Source: an uncultured Actinomycetes bacterium | GTDB lineage: Bacteria > Actinomycetota > Thermoleophilia > UBA2241 | Assembly: GCA_963709345.1 (NCBI GenBank) | Contig: CAVPVX010000003.1 | Coordinates: 60,961-124,960 of the forward strand | DNA: 64,000 nucleotides | Reading direction: 5' to 3' | In this document: piece by piece, positions 21,425 through 32,034 of the stretch | Layout of the letters: every line of letters starts with the position of its first letter | Numbering within the stretch: the first letter of the stretch is position 1 | The notes under the pieces: model-generated | Told to the model about the DNA's origin: nothing | Database searches by the model: none | The model's input: only the letters and a program-made list of their open reading frames with translations | Translations under genes and position numbers: made by a program

Positions 21425-21438
21425 GGCTCGCCCCAGTC

Positions 21439-22548
21439 CTACATCTGGAAGATCTGGTACGAGTTCTCGCACGGCGCGCCCGCGCAGGCGTACAGGCGAC
21501 GCTCGTCGAGGTCGCAGATCATGCTGCCGACCGTCATGCCCTGCTCGGCCGGCGGCTCGCTCTCGTCCGGGTGGCCGCAGATCGCCATCTCTGGTGAGGG
21601 CTCGTGACAGCGCAGCACGCCGGCGGCGAGCGCGACGGGGTCGTCGCCGGCGGCGATGCCCTCGGCGAGCATGCGCTCCGCCGTGGCCAGGCGCACGACC
21701 GACTCCTCGTGCGCGGCTCCCTCGAAGGGCGTCATGGCCGGCGCGACGTAGTGATTGGTGTGAGCCATGAAGCCCGCCGGACTGTGGTCCATGAAGGCGT
21801 GACTCGTGGCGGAGGTCTCGACGTCCCACAGCCTCCCGCACGTGTCGGCGAGGAAGTGATTGGTGCCCCGGGCGCGGGCCGCCAGCAACCCGCGCGCCCG
21901 CGCCTCCTCGAGAGTCGGCGCATCCAGGGTCGCCCGGCGCACGAAGGCGTTGGGCACGCCGACGCGATTGTCCTTGGAGTGCACCGAGTTGCTCACGCTG
22001 GCGACGCCGTGTGAGTTCATCCCCAGCATGAGGAGATAGGGGGCGCCGGCCAGGCCCATGACACGGGTGCCGTCCGGCCCTGTGAGGTCGAACAGGACGT
22101 TGTTGACGGCGTCGATCACGTACCAGTCCATGTTGTGGCCGACGATGTGACGGCCGCCGCTGACGACCGCCACGGCCGTGCAGTGGTCGCCGCCGCGAAG
22201 CGAGCCGGGCGAGAGCGCCCGGCCGTCACCGACGGGCTCGTCGGAGGTGAACTCCTCGCCGCAGTTCGGCACGAGAACGTGGCCCAGCGGCAGGCCGGCG
22301 CCCTCGGCGAGACCCTCGAGTTCGTCCATCTGCCGCGGCAGCCGGCGGCCGGCGGCCTTGGCGTACGCAAGAGCCTCGCGCTCCGCGTCGGCGAAGGTGA
22401 GCCGTCCGCGCGTCATCGCCTCGAAGTGGTCGCGAAAAAAGGTGACCGAGGCGCGCACCTGCTCCCGTGCCGCTTCACCGACGGCGCGTCCGAGTTCCCG
22501 GTGGGAGCCTCGGGCCTGCACGTGGACGAAGGGGATGGGCGTCGTCAT
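21439..22548 (-). CDS. C45 family Ntn-hydrolase (acyl-CoA:6-APA acyltransferase-like)
   Basis: Cys nucleophile in HCTAV, GHNMD, GMNSHGV, HTNHY. Confidence 0.85.
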   Translation of the reverse strand: MTTPIPFVHVQARGSHRELGRAVGEAAREQVRASVTFFRDHFEAMTRGRLTFADAEREALAYAKAAGRRLPRQMDELEGLAEGAGLPLGHVLVPNCGEEFTSDEPVGDGRALSPGSLRGGDHCTAVAVVSGGRHIVGHNMDWYVIDAVNNVLFDLTGPDGTRVMGLAGAPYLLMLGMNSHGVASVSNSVHSKDNRVGVPNAFVRRATLDAPTLEEARARGLLAARARGTNHFLADTCGRLWDVETSATSHAFMDHSPAGFMAHTNHYVAPAMTPFEGAAHEESVVRLATAERMLAEGIAAGDDPVALAAGVLRCHEPSPEMAICGHPDESEPPAEQGMTVGSMICDLDERRLYACAGAPCENSYQIFQM

Positions 22549-22551
22549 GGC

Positions 22552-24027
22552 CTACAGCCCGAGCATTCGGCGTGGATCGGGATACTCTGCGACGCCCATG
22601 TCCGCGGCGCAACAGCCGATCAGCTCGCAGAGCGCGGCGAGCACGTCGTCGGGCAATCCCACCGGCTCGCGGTCGAGTAGCTCGGCCACTTTGTCGGAGG
22701 CGAGGTCGACCAGGCCGATACGCCCCGACGCGACCCAGTCGTTCAGACCTCCGCGGTAACTCAGCAGCGGGCTCACGAACTCGCTCCGGATGTAGCGCCG
22801 CGTGTGCTTCGTGCCGAGGAACCCGCGGCCGGACAGCACGCCGTCGACCATCGCGTCCACATCCAGCGCATCGACATCCCAAGGCCGCTGGGAGAGCGCG
22901 TACAGTGCGTTGTTCAAGACCTCGTCGTCGACGACCAGCACCTCCAGACAGCTGGCGACCCCTGCCTGGATCTCGCCGATGCCGGACAGGAGGCGCGGCC
23001 TGGCCGACAGCCCGAGCAGAGCGTTGACGATGCGCTCGTAGCCGAACTGCGCGTCGATGACCTTGCTGTCGCTGCACGGTCCGTAGCAGTCGCAAGCGAG
23101 ACCGTAGCGGCGCGCCAGCAGAACGGCGGCAACGGAGGCGACGCCGGTCTCCGGCGTGCCGCTGACGACGACGCCGCTGCGTGGGTCGACGGCGCTGAGC
23201 CGCGGACCGTAGTAGACCGGGGTGCCCGGCGCCGCGGCCTGCGCCAGCACCACGCCGGCGAGGACCTCGGCGTTCTGCTGGGCGATCGCCGCGGAGAGGG
23301 CGCCCGGCGCCGTCGTCGCGGCGGCGGGACACGGCAGGATCTCGACGGCCACGCCGCCGCGCCGCACCTGCTCGACGAGCGCGTCGGAGACGTCGCCGCC
23401 GAGGATCAGGGGGCTGACGGGGGAGAAGGCCAGGTCGATGGGATACGTGCCGCCCGAGCCGTCGGCGCCGGTGACGGCCTGCGCCATCTCCTGCAGGTAC
23501 AGCGCCTGCAGCGGATACGAGATCCCGGGCCCGCCGATCGCCTTGTCGGTCTCGTACGAGAGGACGAGATACGAATACAGCGGCTCGAGCAGGTCGGGCA
23601 CGTCCTCCGGTTGCCAGAGGGAGGTCACCTGCTGCTGATGCTGCAGGTGGTGCATGATCCGGGTGGCCAGCACCTGGTCGCGCATGGTCGCCCGGCGGCC
23701 GACGCCGGTGCGCGGGTCCGCCACATCGCGGGCGCCGCCGAGGTTGTGCACGTAGGTCGCGCCGGGATCGGGGTCCATCGCCAGCGAACGCGCGCCGTCG
23801 CGCGCCGCGAGAGTGTAGGCGCGAGGGCAGGCGGCAACGGCCTCCTCGACGACCTCCCGCGGGATGCTCAGACGGTCCGATCCGGCCGGCGTGCAGCCGG
23901 CCGCCGCCAATACCCCGGCGGCGACCGGCGACTCGACGCGCACCCCGGCTCGCTCCAACAGCGCGAGCGACGCCAGGTGCATGGCCTCGATGGCCTCCTC
24001 CGGCCAGATCCCGATGGGATCATCCAT
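22552..24027 (-). CDS. Trimethylamine methyltransferase (MttB) superfamily, non-pyrrolysine
   Basis: H.ASL.LLE..GV, SPL, ATTAPG, QQNAEVLAG, PGTPVYYG, GTPE, SDSKVIDAQ.GYE, LVVDDE, FLGTKHT; no in-frame TAG. Confidence 0.88.
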   Translation of the reverse strand: MDDPIGIWPEEAIEAMHLASLALLERAGVRVESPVAAGVLAAAGCTPAGSDRLSIPREVVEEAVAACPRAYTLAARDGARSLAMDPDPGATYVHNLGGARDVADPRTGVGRRATMRDQVLATRIMHHLQHQQQVTSLWQPEDVPDLLEPLYSYLVLSYETDKAIGGPGISYPLQALYLQEMAQAVTGADGSGGTYPIDLAFSPVSPLILGGDVSDALVEQVRRGGVAVEILPCPAAATTAPGALSAAIAQQNAEVLAGVVLAQAAAPGTPVYYGPRLSAVDPRSGVVVSGTPETGVASVAAVLLARRYGLACDCYGPCSDSKVIDAQFGYERIVNALLGLSARPRLLSGIGEIQAGVASCLEVLVVDDEVLNNALYALSQRPWDVDALDVDAMVDGVLSGRGFLGTKHTRRYIRSEFVSPLLSYRGGLNDWVASGRIGLVDLASDKVAELLDREPVGLPDDVLAALCELIGCCAADMGVAEYPDPRRMLGL

Positions 24028-24059
24028 GCGCCATCATCCCCCCCGCTGCGTGCCGGCCG

Positions 24060-25850
24060 TCATTCGTCTTCGACGGCTTTCGGCCGACGCCTGATCAGGA
24101 CGAAGGCGATGACGGCGACGACAACGACGGCGAGGACGAGGATCCAGATCCAGGTCGAACTACCGGCCGCCTCGGTCTCCGCAACCTCGGCGGGTGTCAG
24201 GTCGATGTACGTCGACCGCATGTAGTTCCAGAACGGCGCGCCGTCCGCGCCGGGGACCTGGTGGTAGCCGGTCCACTTGTCGGTGCGGAACGCCTGCAGG
24301 TTCACGTTGTACCAGAGGACGATATACGGGTTGTCCCGGTACAGGATCTTCTGCATCTCGTCGGTGACGACCTTGCGCATCGTCGGATCGTCCGGCTCCG
24401 CCGGATCCACGGCCTCGGCCTGCTCCACGTAGAGCGCGTCGTACTCGGGGTTCGAGTACTGGCTGTCGCCCCAGTTGAGGATCTGCTTGGTGGTGAAGGT
24501 GCTGAGCATGAACCCGGGGTCGATGTCGCCGCCCCAGCTCCAGATGAACATGTCGTAGTCGGCGTTGTCGTAGACCTCGTCGCCGAACGCGCCCTCGTCC
24601 TTCTGCTCCAGCTTGAGCTTGATGCCGACGTCGTCGCACCAACTGACGATCATCTTGCCGGCCGCCTGGTCCTCCGGATACTCGTTGAGCACCACGAAGC
24701 GGAACTCGAGCTTGTCGCCCTTCGCGTTCTCGCGCACGCCGTCGCCGTCGGTGTCGGTGTAGCCGGCGTCCTCGAGGATCTGCTTGGCCTTCTCGGGATC
24801 GTAGCTGTACTGCTCGGCCTCGGGGACCTCCCAGTGCCAGTCGCCCTGTGCGGGAGAGATCACCGAAGTGCCGGGGACGGCCTGGCCGGCCATCGAGGTC
24901 GCGTTCAGCGACTCCTTGTCGATCGCCCAATGCACCGCCTGGCGGATGGCGACGTCGCGCAGCAGGGGGTTACCCTTGCTCTTCGCGCTGTCCCAGCAGT
25001 TGAAGGCGAGCTCGTGGAAGCCGACCGCCGAAGACGCGACGGCTGTGGTGCCCGGAAGCTCCGCGAGGATCTTCTCGTACGTCGCCGGGAACTCGACGAT
25101 CGCGTCGAGGTTGCCGGCCTTGTAGTCCTCGATCATCGAGTCGGTGTTCTGGCTGATGATGTAGTAGATCTCCGCGATGGTCGGCGCCCCGCCGAGCTCA
25201 GCCGGGTAGTCCGGGTTCGCCTCGAGCTTCACCCACTTGCTCTTCTTGAGCTCGGCGACCTTGAAGGGCCCGGAGCCGACGAACGGCGAGTTCTTGAAGT
25301 TGTCGAGGTTCTCGGGGTCGGCCTTCTTCCAGATGTGCTCGGGGAGGATCGGGATGTAGAGAGCGAGCATGCCCGCATTGGGCTTGCGCGTCTCGATCAC
25401 GAGCGTCGTCGCATCGGGAGCCGTCACGCTGGTGACGCCGGTGAGGTACTGGATGTAGGCCCAGTGCTCGGTGTCCAGGATCAGGTTGTAAGTGAAGGCG
25501 ATGTCGGCGGCGGTGAGCGGCTTGCCGTCGTGCCAGGTCATGCCCTCACGGATGGTGAACGTCCAGGTCAGACCGTCGGGCGACGTCTCCCAACTTGTGG
25601 CGAGATCGGGCGTCGGCAGGTAGTCCTCGTCATACCAGGTGAGGAAGTTGTAGCCGAGCCGGAAGGACTCCCAGGAGATGCTGCTCCACGAGCTGAAGGG
25701 GCTCATCCCGTCGTAGTCCTGGTTGATGCCGATCCTGTAGGTGAGCGGTTCGGCGGCCGGTGACGGTGACGCGGCGGCCGGCCCCGCGGCAAGCGCGAAC
25801 AGGCACAGCGCCGCAGCGCTGATCTTCGCCGTGGTGAACCAGCGTCTCAT
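24060..25850 (-). CDS. Peptide ABC transporter substrate-binding protein (family 5) with C-terminal TM anchor
   Basis: PDLATSWE.S.DGLTWTF.IR.G..WHDG, GSGPF, DTDGDGVRE; C-terminal hydrophobic helix plus RRRPK. Confidence 0.92.
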   Translation of the reverse strand: MRRWFTTAKISAAALCLFALAAGPAAASPSPAAEPLTYRIGINQDYDGMSPFSSWSSISWESFRLGYNFLTWYDEDYLPTPDLATSWETSPDGLTWTFTIREGMTWHDGKPLTAADIAFTYNLILDTEHWAYIQYLTGVTSVTAPDATTLVIETRKPNAGMLALYIPILPEHIWKKADPENLDNFKNSPFVGSGPFKVAELKKSKWVKLEANPDYPAELGGAPTIAEIYYIISQNTDSMIEDYKAGNLDAIVEFPATYEKILAELPGTTAVASSAVGFHELAFNCWDSAKSKGNPLLRDVAIRQAVHWAIDKESLNATSMAGQAVPGTSVISPAQGDWHWEVPEAEQYSYDPEKAKQILEDAGYTDTDGDGVRENAKGDKLEFRFVVLNEYPEDQAAGKMIVSWCDDVGIKLKLEQKDEGAFGDEVYDNADYDMFIWSWGGDIDPGFMLSTFTTKQILNWGDSQYSNPEYDALYVEQAEAVDPAEPDDPTMRKVVTDEMQKILYRDNPYIVLWYNVNLQAFRTDKWTGYHQVPGADGAPFWNYMRSTYIDLTPAEVAETEAAGSSTWIWILVLAVVVVAVIAFVLIRRRPKAVEDE

Positions 25851-25897
25851 GTGGGGCTCCTTGTCATGTGCTCCACGCCCGCTCCCCGCGGGCGTCC

Positions 25898-26983
25898 CTA
25901 CTTGATCCGGATGCAGGCGGCGTAGTGGTCGCCGCCGATGTGCACGTCCGGTGGGTCGATCTCCTTGCAGGCGTCGATCGCCTCGGGGCACCGCGGGTGA
26001 AAGCGGCAGCCGGAGGGGATGTCCACCGGGTTCGGGGTCTCGCCCTTAAGGATCACGTGCTCGCGCTTCGCGAGCGGGTCCGGCACCGGGATCACGCTGA
26101 TCAGGGCCTTCGTGTACGGGTGCCGGGGGTTGGCCACGACCTCCTCGGTCTCGCCGATCTCGACGATGCGGCCCAGGTACATGACCGCGATGCGGTCGCT
26201 GATCACCCAGGCCAGCGAGAGGTCGTGGGTGATGAAGATGTAGGTGACGCCGAGCTTCTCCTTCTCCTCGACCATCAGCTTGAGGATGTCGTTACGGATC
26301 GAGACGTCGAGGCTGGCGACCGGCTCGTCGGCGACGATCATGTCCGGCTCGAGCACCGTGGCGCCGGCGATGCAGACACGCTGCCTCTGGCCGCCGGAGA
26401 GCTCGTGCGGGTAGCGATAGAGGTACTCCGTGGCCGGCCGCAGCCCGGCCTCGCTGATGGCCTTGACGACGCGCTCTTCCTTCTCGCGTTCGCTCGAGCA
26501 GACGTTGTTGACTTCGAGCGGCTCGGCGACGATGTCGAAGATCGTCTGCTTGGGATTGATCGAGTTGTAGGGGTCCTGGAAGATGATCTGCGCCTTCTTG
26601 CGGTACGCGCGCAGCGTGCGGGAGCCGAATCTCTCGACCGGCAGCCCCTTGTAGAGGATGTGGCCGCCGGTCGCCTCTTCGAGGCGCAGGAGCGCGCGAC
26701 CGGTGGTCGTCTTGCCGCAGCCCGATTCGCCGACCAGGGCGAGGATCTCGCCCTGCAGGACCTGGAAGCTGATGTGGTCGACCGCCTTGACGTACTTCTT
26801 CTCTGTCGCGACCATGCTCTTGAAGAAGCCCCGCTGGATCGGGAAGTAGACCTCGAGGTCCTTGACGTCGTACAGGACGCCGTCGGTGGTCGTCGCCGAC
26901 GCCAGGTCGCCGCTGTCGACGCTGCCCTTGACGTAGGTGTCCTTGGGGTCGGCGCTGGTCGCCGGGTCGGTGGCCATCGTCAC
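25898..26983 (-). CDS. Oligopeptide ABC transporter ATPase (OppF-like)
   Basis: [32 protein letters not shown]. Confidence 0.93.
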   Translation of the reverse strand: MTMATDPATSADPKDTYVKGSVDSGDLASATTTDGVLYDVKDLEVYFPIQRGFFKSMVATEKKYVKAVDHISFQVLQGEILALVGESGCGKTTTGRALLRLEEATGGHILYKGLPVERFGSRTLRAYRKKAQIIFQDPYNSINPKQTIFDIVAEPLEVNNVCSSEREKEERVVKAISEAGLRPATEYLYRYPHELSGGQRQRVCIAGATVLEPDMIVADEPVASLDVSIRNDILKLMVEEKEKLGVTYIFITHDLSLAWVISDRIAVMYLGRIVEIGETEEVVANPRHPYTKALISVIPVPDPLAKREHVILKGETPNPVDIPSGCRFHPRCPEAIDACKEIDPPDVHIGGDHYAACIRIK

Positions 26984-28011
26984 ACCCCCTTCCCGGCGTG
27001 GACGCAGCGAACGAAATGACCGCGCTCGACCTCGACGAGGCCGGGGTGGTCGGTCTCGCAGCTGGCGACCTTGTCGTCGCAGCGCGGGCAGAAGCCGCAG
27101 CCCGCCGGCGGATCCACGAGGTTCGGCGGGTCGCCCTTGATCGAGCTGACCATCTCCCGCTTCTCGTGGATATTGGGGAACGCCTTGATGAGCTGGCGTG
27201 TGTACGGGTGCGTGGCGTGGTTGAAGATGTCGGCGGTGCTGCCGCTCTCGACCACCTCGCCGGCATACATGACGACGCCCTTGTCGCAGGTCTCGGCCAT
27301 CACCGAGAGATCGTGGCTGATGAGGATGAACGAGAGGTCGAGCTCTTTGCGCAGACGCGCGATGAGCTCGAGGATCTGCGCCTGCACCATGACGTCGAGC
27401 GCGGTCGTCGGCTCGTCGCCGATGATCAGCTTGGGGTTGCAGGCCAGCGCCATGGCGATCATGGCGCGCTGGCGCATCCCGCCCGAGAGCTGGTGTGGGA
27501 AGTCCATGACGCGCTTCTGGCTGATGCCGACGAGGTCGTACAGTTCCTTGACGCGGACCATCGCCTTGCCCTCGGAGAGGCCCTCGTGCAGCTGGATGGG
27601 CTCGGCGATCTGCTTGCCGGTCTCCGTGACCGGGTTGAGCGCGTTCATCGCCCCCTGGAAGATGATGCTGATCTCCTTCCAGCGGATCTTGCTCATGCCG
27701 TACTCGGTGCGCTTGGCGAGGTTCTTGCCGTCGAACAGGACGTCGCCGGAGACGATGCGCCCGTTCTCGGGCAGCAGCTTGAGGATCGAGAGGGCCGCGG
27801 TCGTCTTGCCGCAGCCGGACTCGCCGGCGAGGCCGAGGCTCTCACCCGGAGCGAGCGTGAAGCTCACGTCCTGCACCGCCTTGACGTCGCCCACGCCGAG
27901 CCTGAAGTAGGTCGTGAGACCGCGCACGTCGAGCAAGCCCTCGTGCTCGATGCGCTCGATGGTCGTCTTCTCGGGGGCGGCGCTGGCCTTCTTGGTGGCC
28001 GTCCTGCTCAT
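26980..28011 (-). CDS. Oligopeptide ABC transporter ATPase (OppD-like)
   Basis: C-terminal part of listed ORF from ATG 28011; [28 protein letters not shown]. Confidence 0.93.
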   Translation of the reverse strand: MSRTATKKASAAPEKTTIERIEHEGLLDVRGLTTYFRLGVGDVKAVQDVSFTLAPGESLGLAGESGCGKTTAALSILKLLPENGRIVSGDVLFDGKNLAKRTEYGMSKIRWKEISIIFQGAMNALNPVTETGKQIAEPIQLHEGLSEGKAMVRVKELYDLVGISQKRVMDFPHQLSGGMRQRAMIAMALACNPKLIIGDEPTTALDVMVQAQILELIARLRKELDLSFILISHDLSVMAETCDKGVVMYAGEVVESGSTADIFNHATHPYTRQLIKAFPNIHEKREMVSSIKGDPPNLVDPPAGCGFCPRCDDKVASCETDHPGLVEVERGHFVRCVHAGKGV

Positions 28012-29600
28012 CACTCGCCCCTTTTCTCGTCGTCTTCGAACCTGCCGCCGACCCAGCCGCCGCTCTCCGGACTGCCGATAGAGCCGCCCGCAGGCTTGTT
28101 GAAGTCGGGCATGGCGTCGTCTGTCTGCTGGCCCGGCGTGAAGACGCCGGCGCCGCCGCCCAAACCGGCACCGCCGGCGACTGCTACGACCGGCTCGCCG
28201 CCTGAGGTGAAACGACTCTCGGAGACGCTGTCCTCGCGCTTGCGCAGCTTGGGATCGAGCACCTCGTCGTACGCCGTCCCGATGAAGGTGAAGGCGAGCA
28301 CGACGAAGATGATCGCGATGCCGGGCGGAAGCAGGTACCACCAGGCCGGCAGGCCGGCGGCGCCGTTGACCCAGGCGTAGTGGAGCATCGTGCCCCAGCT
28401 GAAGTTGAGAGGATCGCCGAGACCGAGGAACGAGAGCGTGGTCTCGGAGAGGATGGCGATGGCCACCACCAGAACGAGGTTGGCGAAGATCAGCGGCATC
28501 ACATTGGGCAGGACGTGCTTGCCCATGATGTGACGGTTGCTCGAGCCGATCGCCTTGGCGCGCTCGATGAACTGCAACTCGCGCACGCGCAGCACGTCGG
28601 AGCGGACCACGCGGGCAGTACCGGGCCAGCTGGTGATGCCGATGATGAGGATGATCATCCAGTAGTTCTGGCCCCAAGCGGCGGCCAGCACCATGGCCAG
28701 CGGCAACCACGGGATGACGAGGAAGGCGTCGGTGAGCCGCATCCAGCCTTCGCCCTGCCAGCCCCCATAGAAGCCTGCGGCGATGCCGATGCCGGCGCCG
28801 AGGACGGTGGACATGAAGGCCGCCAGGAGACCGACCATAAGCGAGATGCGCGCGCTCCATATGAACTGGGCGAGGACGCTCTGCCCCACCTGGTCGGTGC
28901 CGAACCAGTTGTAGTAGTCCCAGGTGGGTGGGTGGTAGGCGAGCAACAGCTCGCCTGTGTCGGGGTCGCTGATCTGCGCGTTGGGGTCGAGCAGCGCGTG
29001 GTCGGCGAGGAAAGGCGCCAGCAACGCGATCGCGAGGAAGACGATGAGGATCCCCAAACCGACCATCCCCTGCCAGTTGCGCCGGTAGAGGGTCCAGACC
29101 TGATGAGTGTTCCAGGTGGTCAGCGCCGCACGCTCGGGATTGCCCGCCGCCCAGTACCAGGCGCAGGCGCCGCCGAGAAGGACCGCCACTGTCTGCACGA
29201 GCCAGTTGTACGAGAACCCGTTGGCGCCCGCCGACCAGCCGTCGACGCCGCGGCCCGCGAGGAATGCCCAGAGGAAGAGCACGACCGACTCCACCACGAG
29301 CAGCAGGTTGAAGATCTTGGCCTTGGTCCGGCGCACGAGCCCGGCGACGCCGGCGGCGAGGCAGATGATGCCGAGCAGCACCATGACCCACGCGGGATAC
29401 GCCCCGACCGTGGGCGAGAAGAACGCGCCCACGACCTCCGAGAAGCCGGACGTGATGGGAACGTCCTTCGGGTAGGTGAGCAGCTCGAGGACGATCCACG
29501 CGACGGCCGTCCAGAAAAGGATCCAGTTCCTGAAGCGACGGGGCACGAGGGGTGCTGCTGTGGTGCCCCGCTCGATGGCGTTGGTACCGGGGGCGTTCAT
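28011..29600 (-). CDS. Oligopeptide ABC permease (OppC-like) with N-terminal membrane extension
   Basis: FGTDQVG, ARISL, ERAKAIG (EAA loop), HVLPN, LSFLGLG, SWG.ML. Confidence 0.9.
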   Translation of the reverse strand: MNAPGTNAIERGTTAAPLVPRRFRNWILFWTAVAWIVLELLTYPKDVPITSGFSEVVGAFFSPTVGAYPAWVMVLLGIICLAAGVAGLVRRTKAKIFNLLLVVESVVLFLWAFLAGRGVDGWSAGANGFSYNWLVQTVAVLLGGACAWYWAAGNPERAALTTWNTHQVWTLYRRNWQGMVGLGILIVFLAIALLAPFLADHALLDPNAQISDPDTGELLLAYHPPTWDYYNWFGTDQVGQSVLAQFIWSARISLMVGLLAAFMSTVLGAGIGIAAGFYGGWQGEGWMRLTDAFLVIPWLPLAMVLAAAWGQNYWMIILIIGITSWPGTARVVRSDVLRVRELQFIERAKAIGSSNRHIMGKHVLPNVMPLIFANLVLVVAIAILSETTLSFLGLGDPLNFSWGTMLHYAWVNGAAGLPAWWYLLPPGIAIIFVVLAFTFIGTAYDEVLDPKLRKREDSVSESRFTSGGEPVVAVAGGAGLGGGAGVFTPGQQTDDAMPDFNKPAGGSIGSPESGGWVGGRFEDDEKRGE

Positions 29601-30583
29601 GCGTGCACCCGTGGGTCGAGGTAGTAGTACGTGATGTCGGCGATGAGATTGGCGACGATCACCGCGATGCTCGCGATCAGGAACACGGCCTGCATGACTG
29701 GGTAGTCGCGCTTCTGCATCGAGTCGAAGGAGAGCAGCCCAAGCCCGGGCCAGTTGAACACACTCTCCGCGAGGATGGCCCCGGACATCACGAAGCCGAG
29801 GTTCATCATCACGATGGTGACCGTGGGCAGCATCGCGTTGGGCACCACGTGGCGCCACAGCACCTTGTTCTCGCTCAGCCCTTTGGCCCGCGCCGTGAGA
29901 GTGAAGTCCTCCTTCATCACGCCGGTGATGGAGCTGCGCATGATGAGGTGGTACTCACCGACATACGCGATCGCGAAGGTGAACGCCGGGAGGAAGAGGT
30001 GCTTGAGCAGCGACTGGATGTACGCGAACCCGCTCAGTTCGACGCCGGGCTCCTCCATGCGCCCCGTCGGGAACCAGCGCAGCTTGGTGGCGAAGAGCAT
30101 GATCATGAGAAGGCCGAACCAGAAGGTGGGCATGGCGTAGAGCACCATCCCTAAGTTCGTGGTCACGACGTCGTAGGTGCCGTTTCTTCGCCATCCGGCG
30201 AAGACGCCCGTGATCATGCCCACCACGGTAGCGAAGATGGTCCCGACCCCGACCAGAAGCACCGTGGGCCAGATGCGCTCAGCCACCACCTCGGTGACGG
30301 GGCGCTTCTCGGAGAAGGACATGCCGAACTCGCCCTTCGCCGTGTCGCGCCAGTAGTAGATGAACTGCTGCCACATGGGCTTGTCGAGGTTGAACGTCTT
30401 GCGCTGCTTCTCGATCACCGAGGGGTCCGTCTTCCCCTTGGGGAGGAGGAGCCGGGCCGGGTCGCCCGGGAGGATCCGGAAGAGCGCGAAGTTGAACGAC
30501 GCCACGAGGATGATCGTCAGAACCGCGTTCGCGATCTTTCGCAGGAAGTACCGTCGTTTGTCCACTGCACTGCGGACCGCCAC
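29597..30583 (-). CDS. Oligopeptide ABC permease (OppB-like)
   Basis: LPGDPA, LDKP..QQF, PTFW, TARAKGL, ESVFNWPGLG, RDYPV, LDPRV. Confidence 0.93.
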   Translation of the reverse strand: MAVRSAVDKRRYFLRKIANAVLTIILVASFNFALFRILPGDPARLLLPKGKTDPSVIEKQRKTFNLDKPMWQQFIYYWRDTAKGEFGMSFSEKRPVTEVVAERIWPTVLLVGVGTIFATVVGMITGVFAGWRRNGTYDVVTTNLGMVLYAMPTFWFGLLMIMLFATKLRWFPTGRMEEPGVELSGFAYIQSLLKHLFLPAFTFAIAYVGEYHLIMRSSITGVMKEDFTLTARAKGLSENKVLWRHVVPNAMLPTVTIVMMNLGFVMSGAILAESVFNWPGLGLLSFDSMQKRDYPVMQAVFLIASIAVIVANLIADITYYYLDPRVHA

Positions 30584-30913
30584 GCGCCCGGCCCCGAGCG
30601 GCGACAGGTCCTTGCCTCCTTCTCACTTCCGCGTTTGCCGAACCCCGGACACGTGCTGTTCCGCCTCACACGATGACGTGGAGGGCGTCATCGAGGTTAG
30701 ACGCAGCCGGAGTGCCGATCCGTCGGCGGTACGGCCGCACCGTCGGCGGACGTGCCGCCGGACGAGTACTACGCCGGCGTCGAGCCTCCCTCGGCGCACC
30801 GGCCCCCCTCCACTACACCCCGGCCGGCGCCGCAATCGTAATCGCCATCAGCGAGGGCGGCAAGGGAGACGAAGCTCTCGGAGACCCGAGCGCGGATAGG
30901 ACCGGCGCCGGAG

Positions 30914-32030
30914 CTATGCCCCGCCGGGCAGCCGCGCGTCGCGGCCGTACCGGCGCAGGGTCTCGACCAAGCGGTCGATCGGCAGAGCGTAGGCCACGTT
31001 ACCGTCGCGACCTACGGTCGTGTGCGCGGCGGTAAGCGCGTTGAACACACTCTCGGCGGTGGCGTCGACGGCGGCCTCGAAGAGCTCGTGCATCTGGTCG
31101 TTGGCGACCGTCGTGATCTCCAGCGGAGCGTCGGCGACACGGGGCACGCGATGAGCCGTCGTGAAGGCGACCATGATCTCACCGCTGCCGTCGGAGGCGT
31201 AGGAGCCGGTCACCGCGAGTCCCAGCGCGCACCGCTTCGCCATGCGCTCGCACTGGCGCGCGCTCAGCGGCGCATCCGTCGCCAGCACGACGATGCAGGA
31301 TCCTTCGCGATGGTCGACCGGCATCAGGTCGGCGATCTCGACGCCGACGGGGACGCCCGCCACCGACAAACGATGCCGCGTCCCGAAGTTCGTGAGTGCG
31401 AGGACACCGACCGTGTACGACGCGCCGTGCGCGACGGCGGCGCGCGACGAGGTGCCGATGCCCGCCTTGAAGTCGAAGCACGACATGCCGGTACCGGCCC
31501 CGACGCAGCCTTCGGCGACGGGGCCGGCGGCGGCTCGCGTCCAGAGCGGCCCGCACATGCTCCTCACCGACGTGCATGCCGCGCAGATCGTTGAGCAGGC
31601 CGTCGTCGCATTCCCCGACCACCGGCATGACGGCGTCCTCGATGCCGGCCCGCGGCTCGCGGTCCATCATCCAGCGGACCGCGCCGTCGTAGACCGCGCC
31701 GGCGCTCTGCGAGTTCGTGAGCAGCACCGGCGTCTCGATGACGCCCCACTCGCGAATGGCGCTGATGCCGATGACCTCGCCGACGCCGTTGGCGGCGAAG
31801 GCTCCTGCGACGACGCGCTCCTGCCAGAGGTCACCGGAGTGCGGGAAGACGGCGGTGACGCCTGTGCGGGCGGGCCCGCTGCCGTGCGGCAGATCGGGCG
31901 CGCCCCACGAGACGGTACACTGTCCGACGCGCACACCGGGCACGTCGGTGATGGCGTTCAGCGGGCCGGCCGGCAAAATGCCGATCGTGACGCCGAGGTC
32001 ACGGAGACGACAACGCGCCGGCTCGCCCAT
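30914..32030 (-). CDS. DmpA/P1 family aminopeptidase (L-aminopeptidase/D-esterase), one apparent +1 frameshift near 31536
   Basis: NAITDVPGVRVG, PVVGECDDG.LND in one frame; EGCVGAGTGM, FKAGIGTSSR, GSCIVVLATDAPL in the next. Confidence 0.88.
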
Positions 32031-32034
32031 GCGC

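Noticed and set aside
22552-24027. Pyrrolysine read-through in MttB
   Set aside because: The ORF is continuous with no in-frame TAG, and there are no pyl genes in the window.
30584-30913. Riboswitch or T-box in the 330-nt opp leader; hairpin cgatgacg/cgtcatcg at 30671-30693
   Set aside because: No recognisable aptamer or T-box consensus; hairpins of this size are expected at this GC content.
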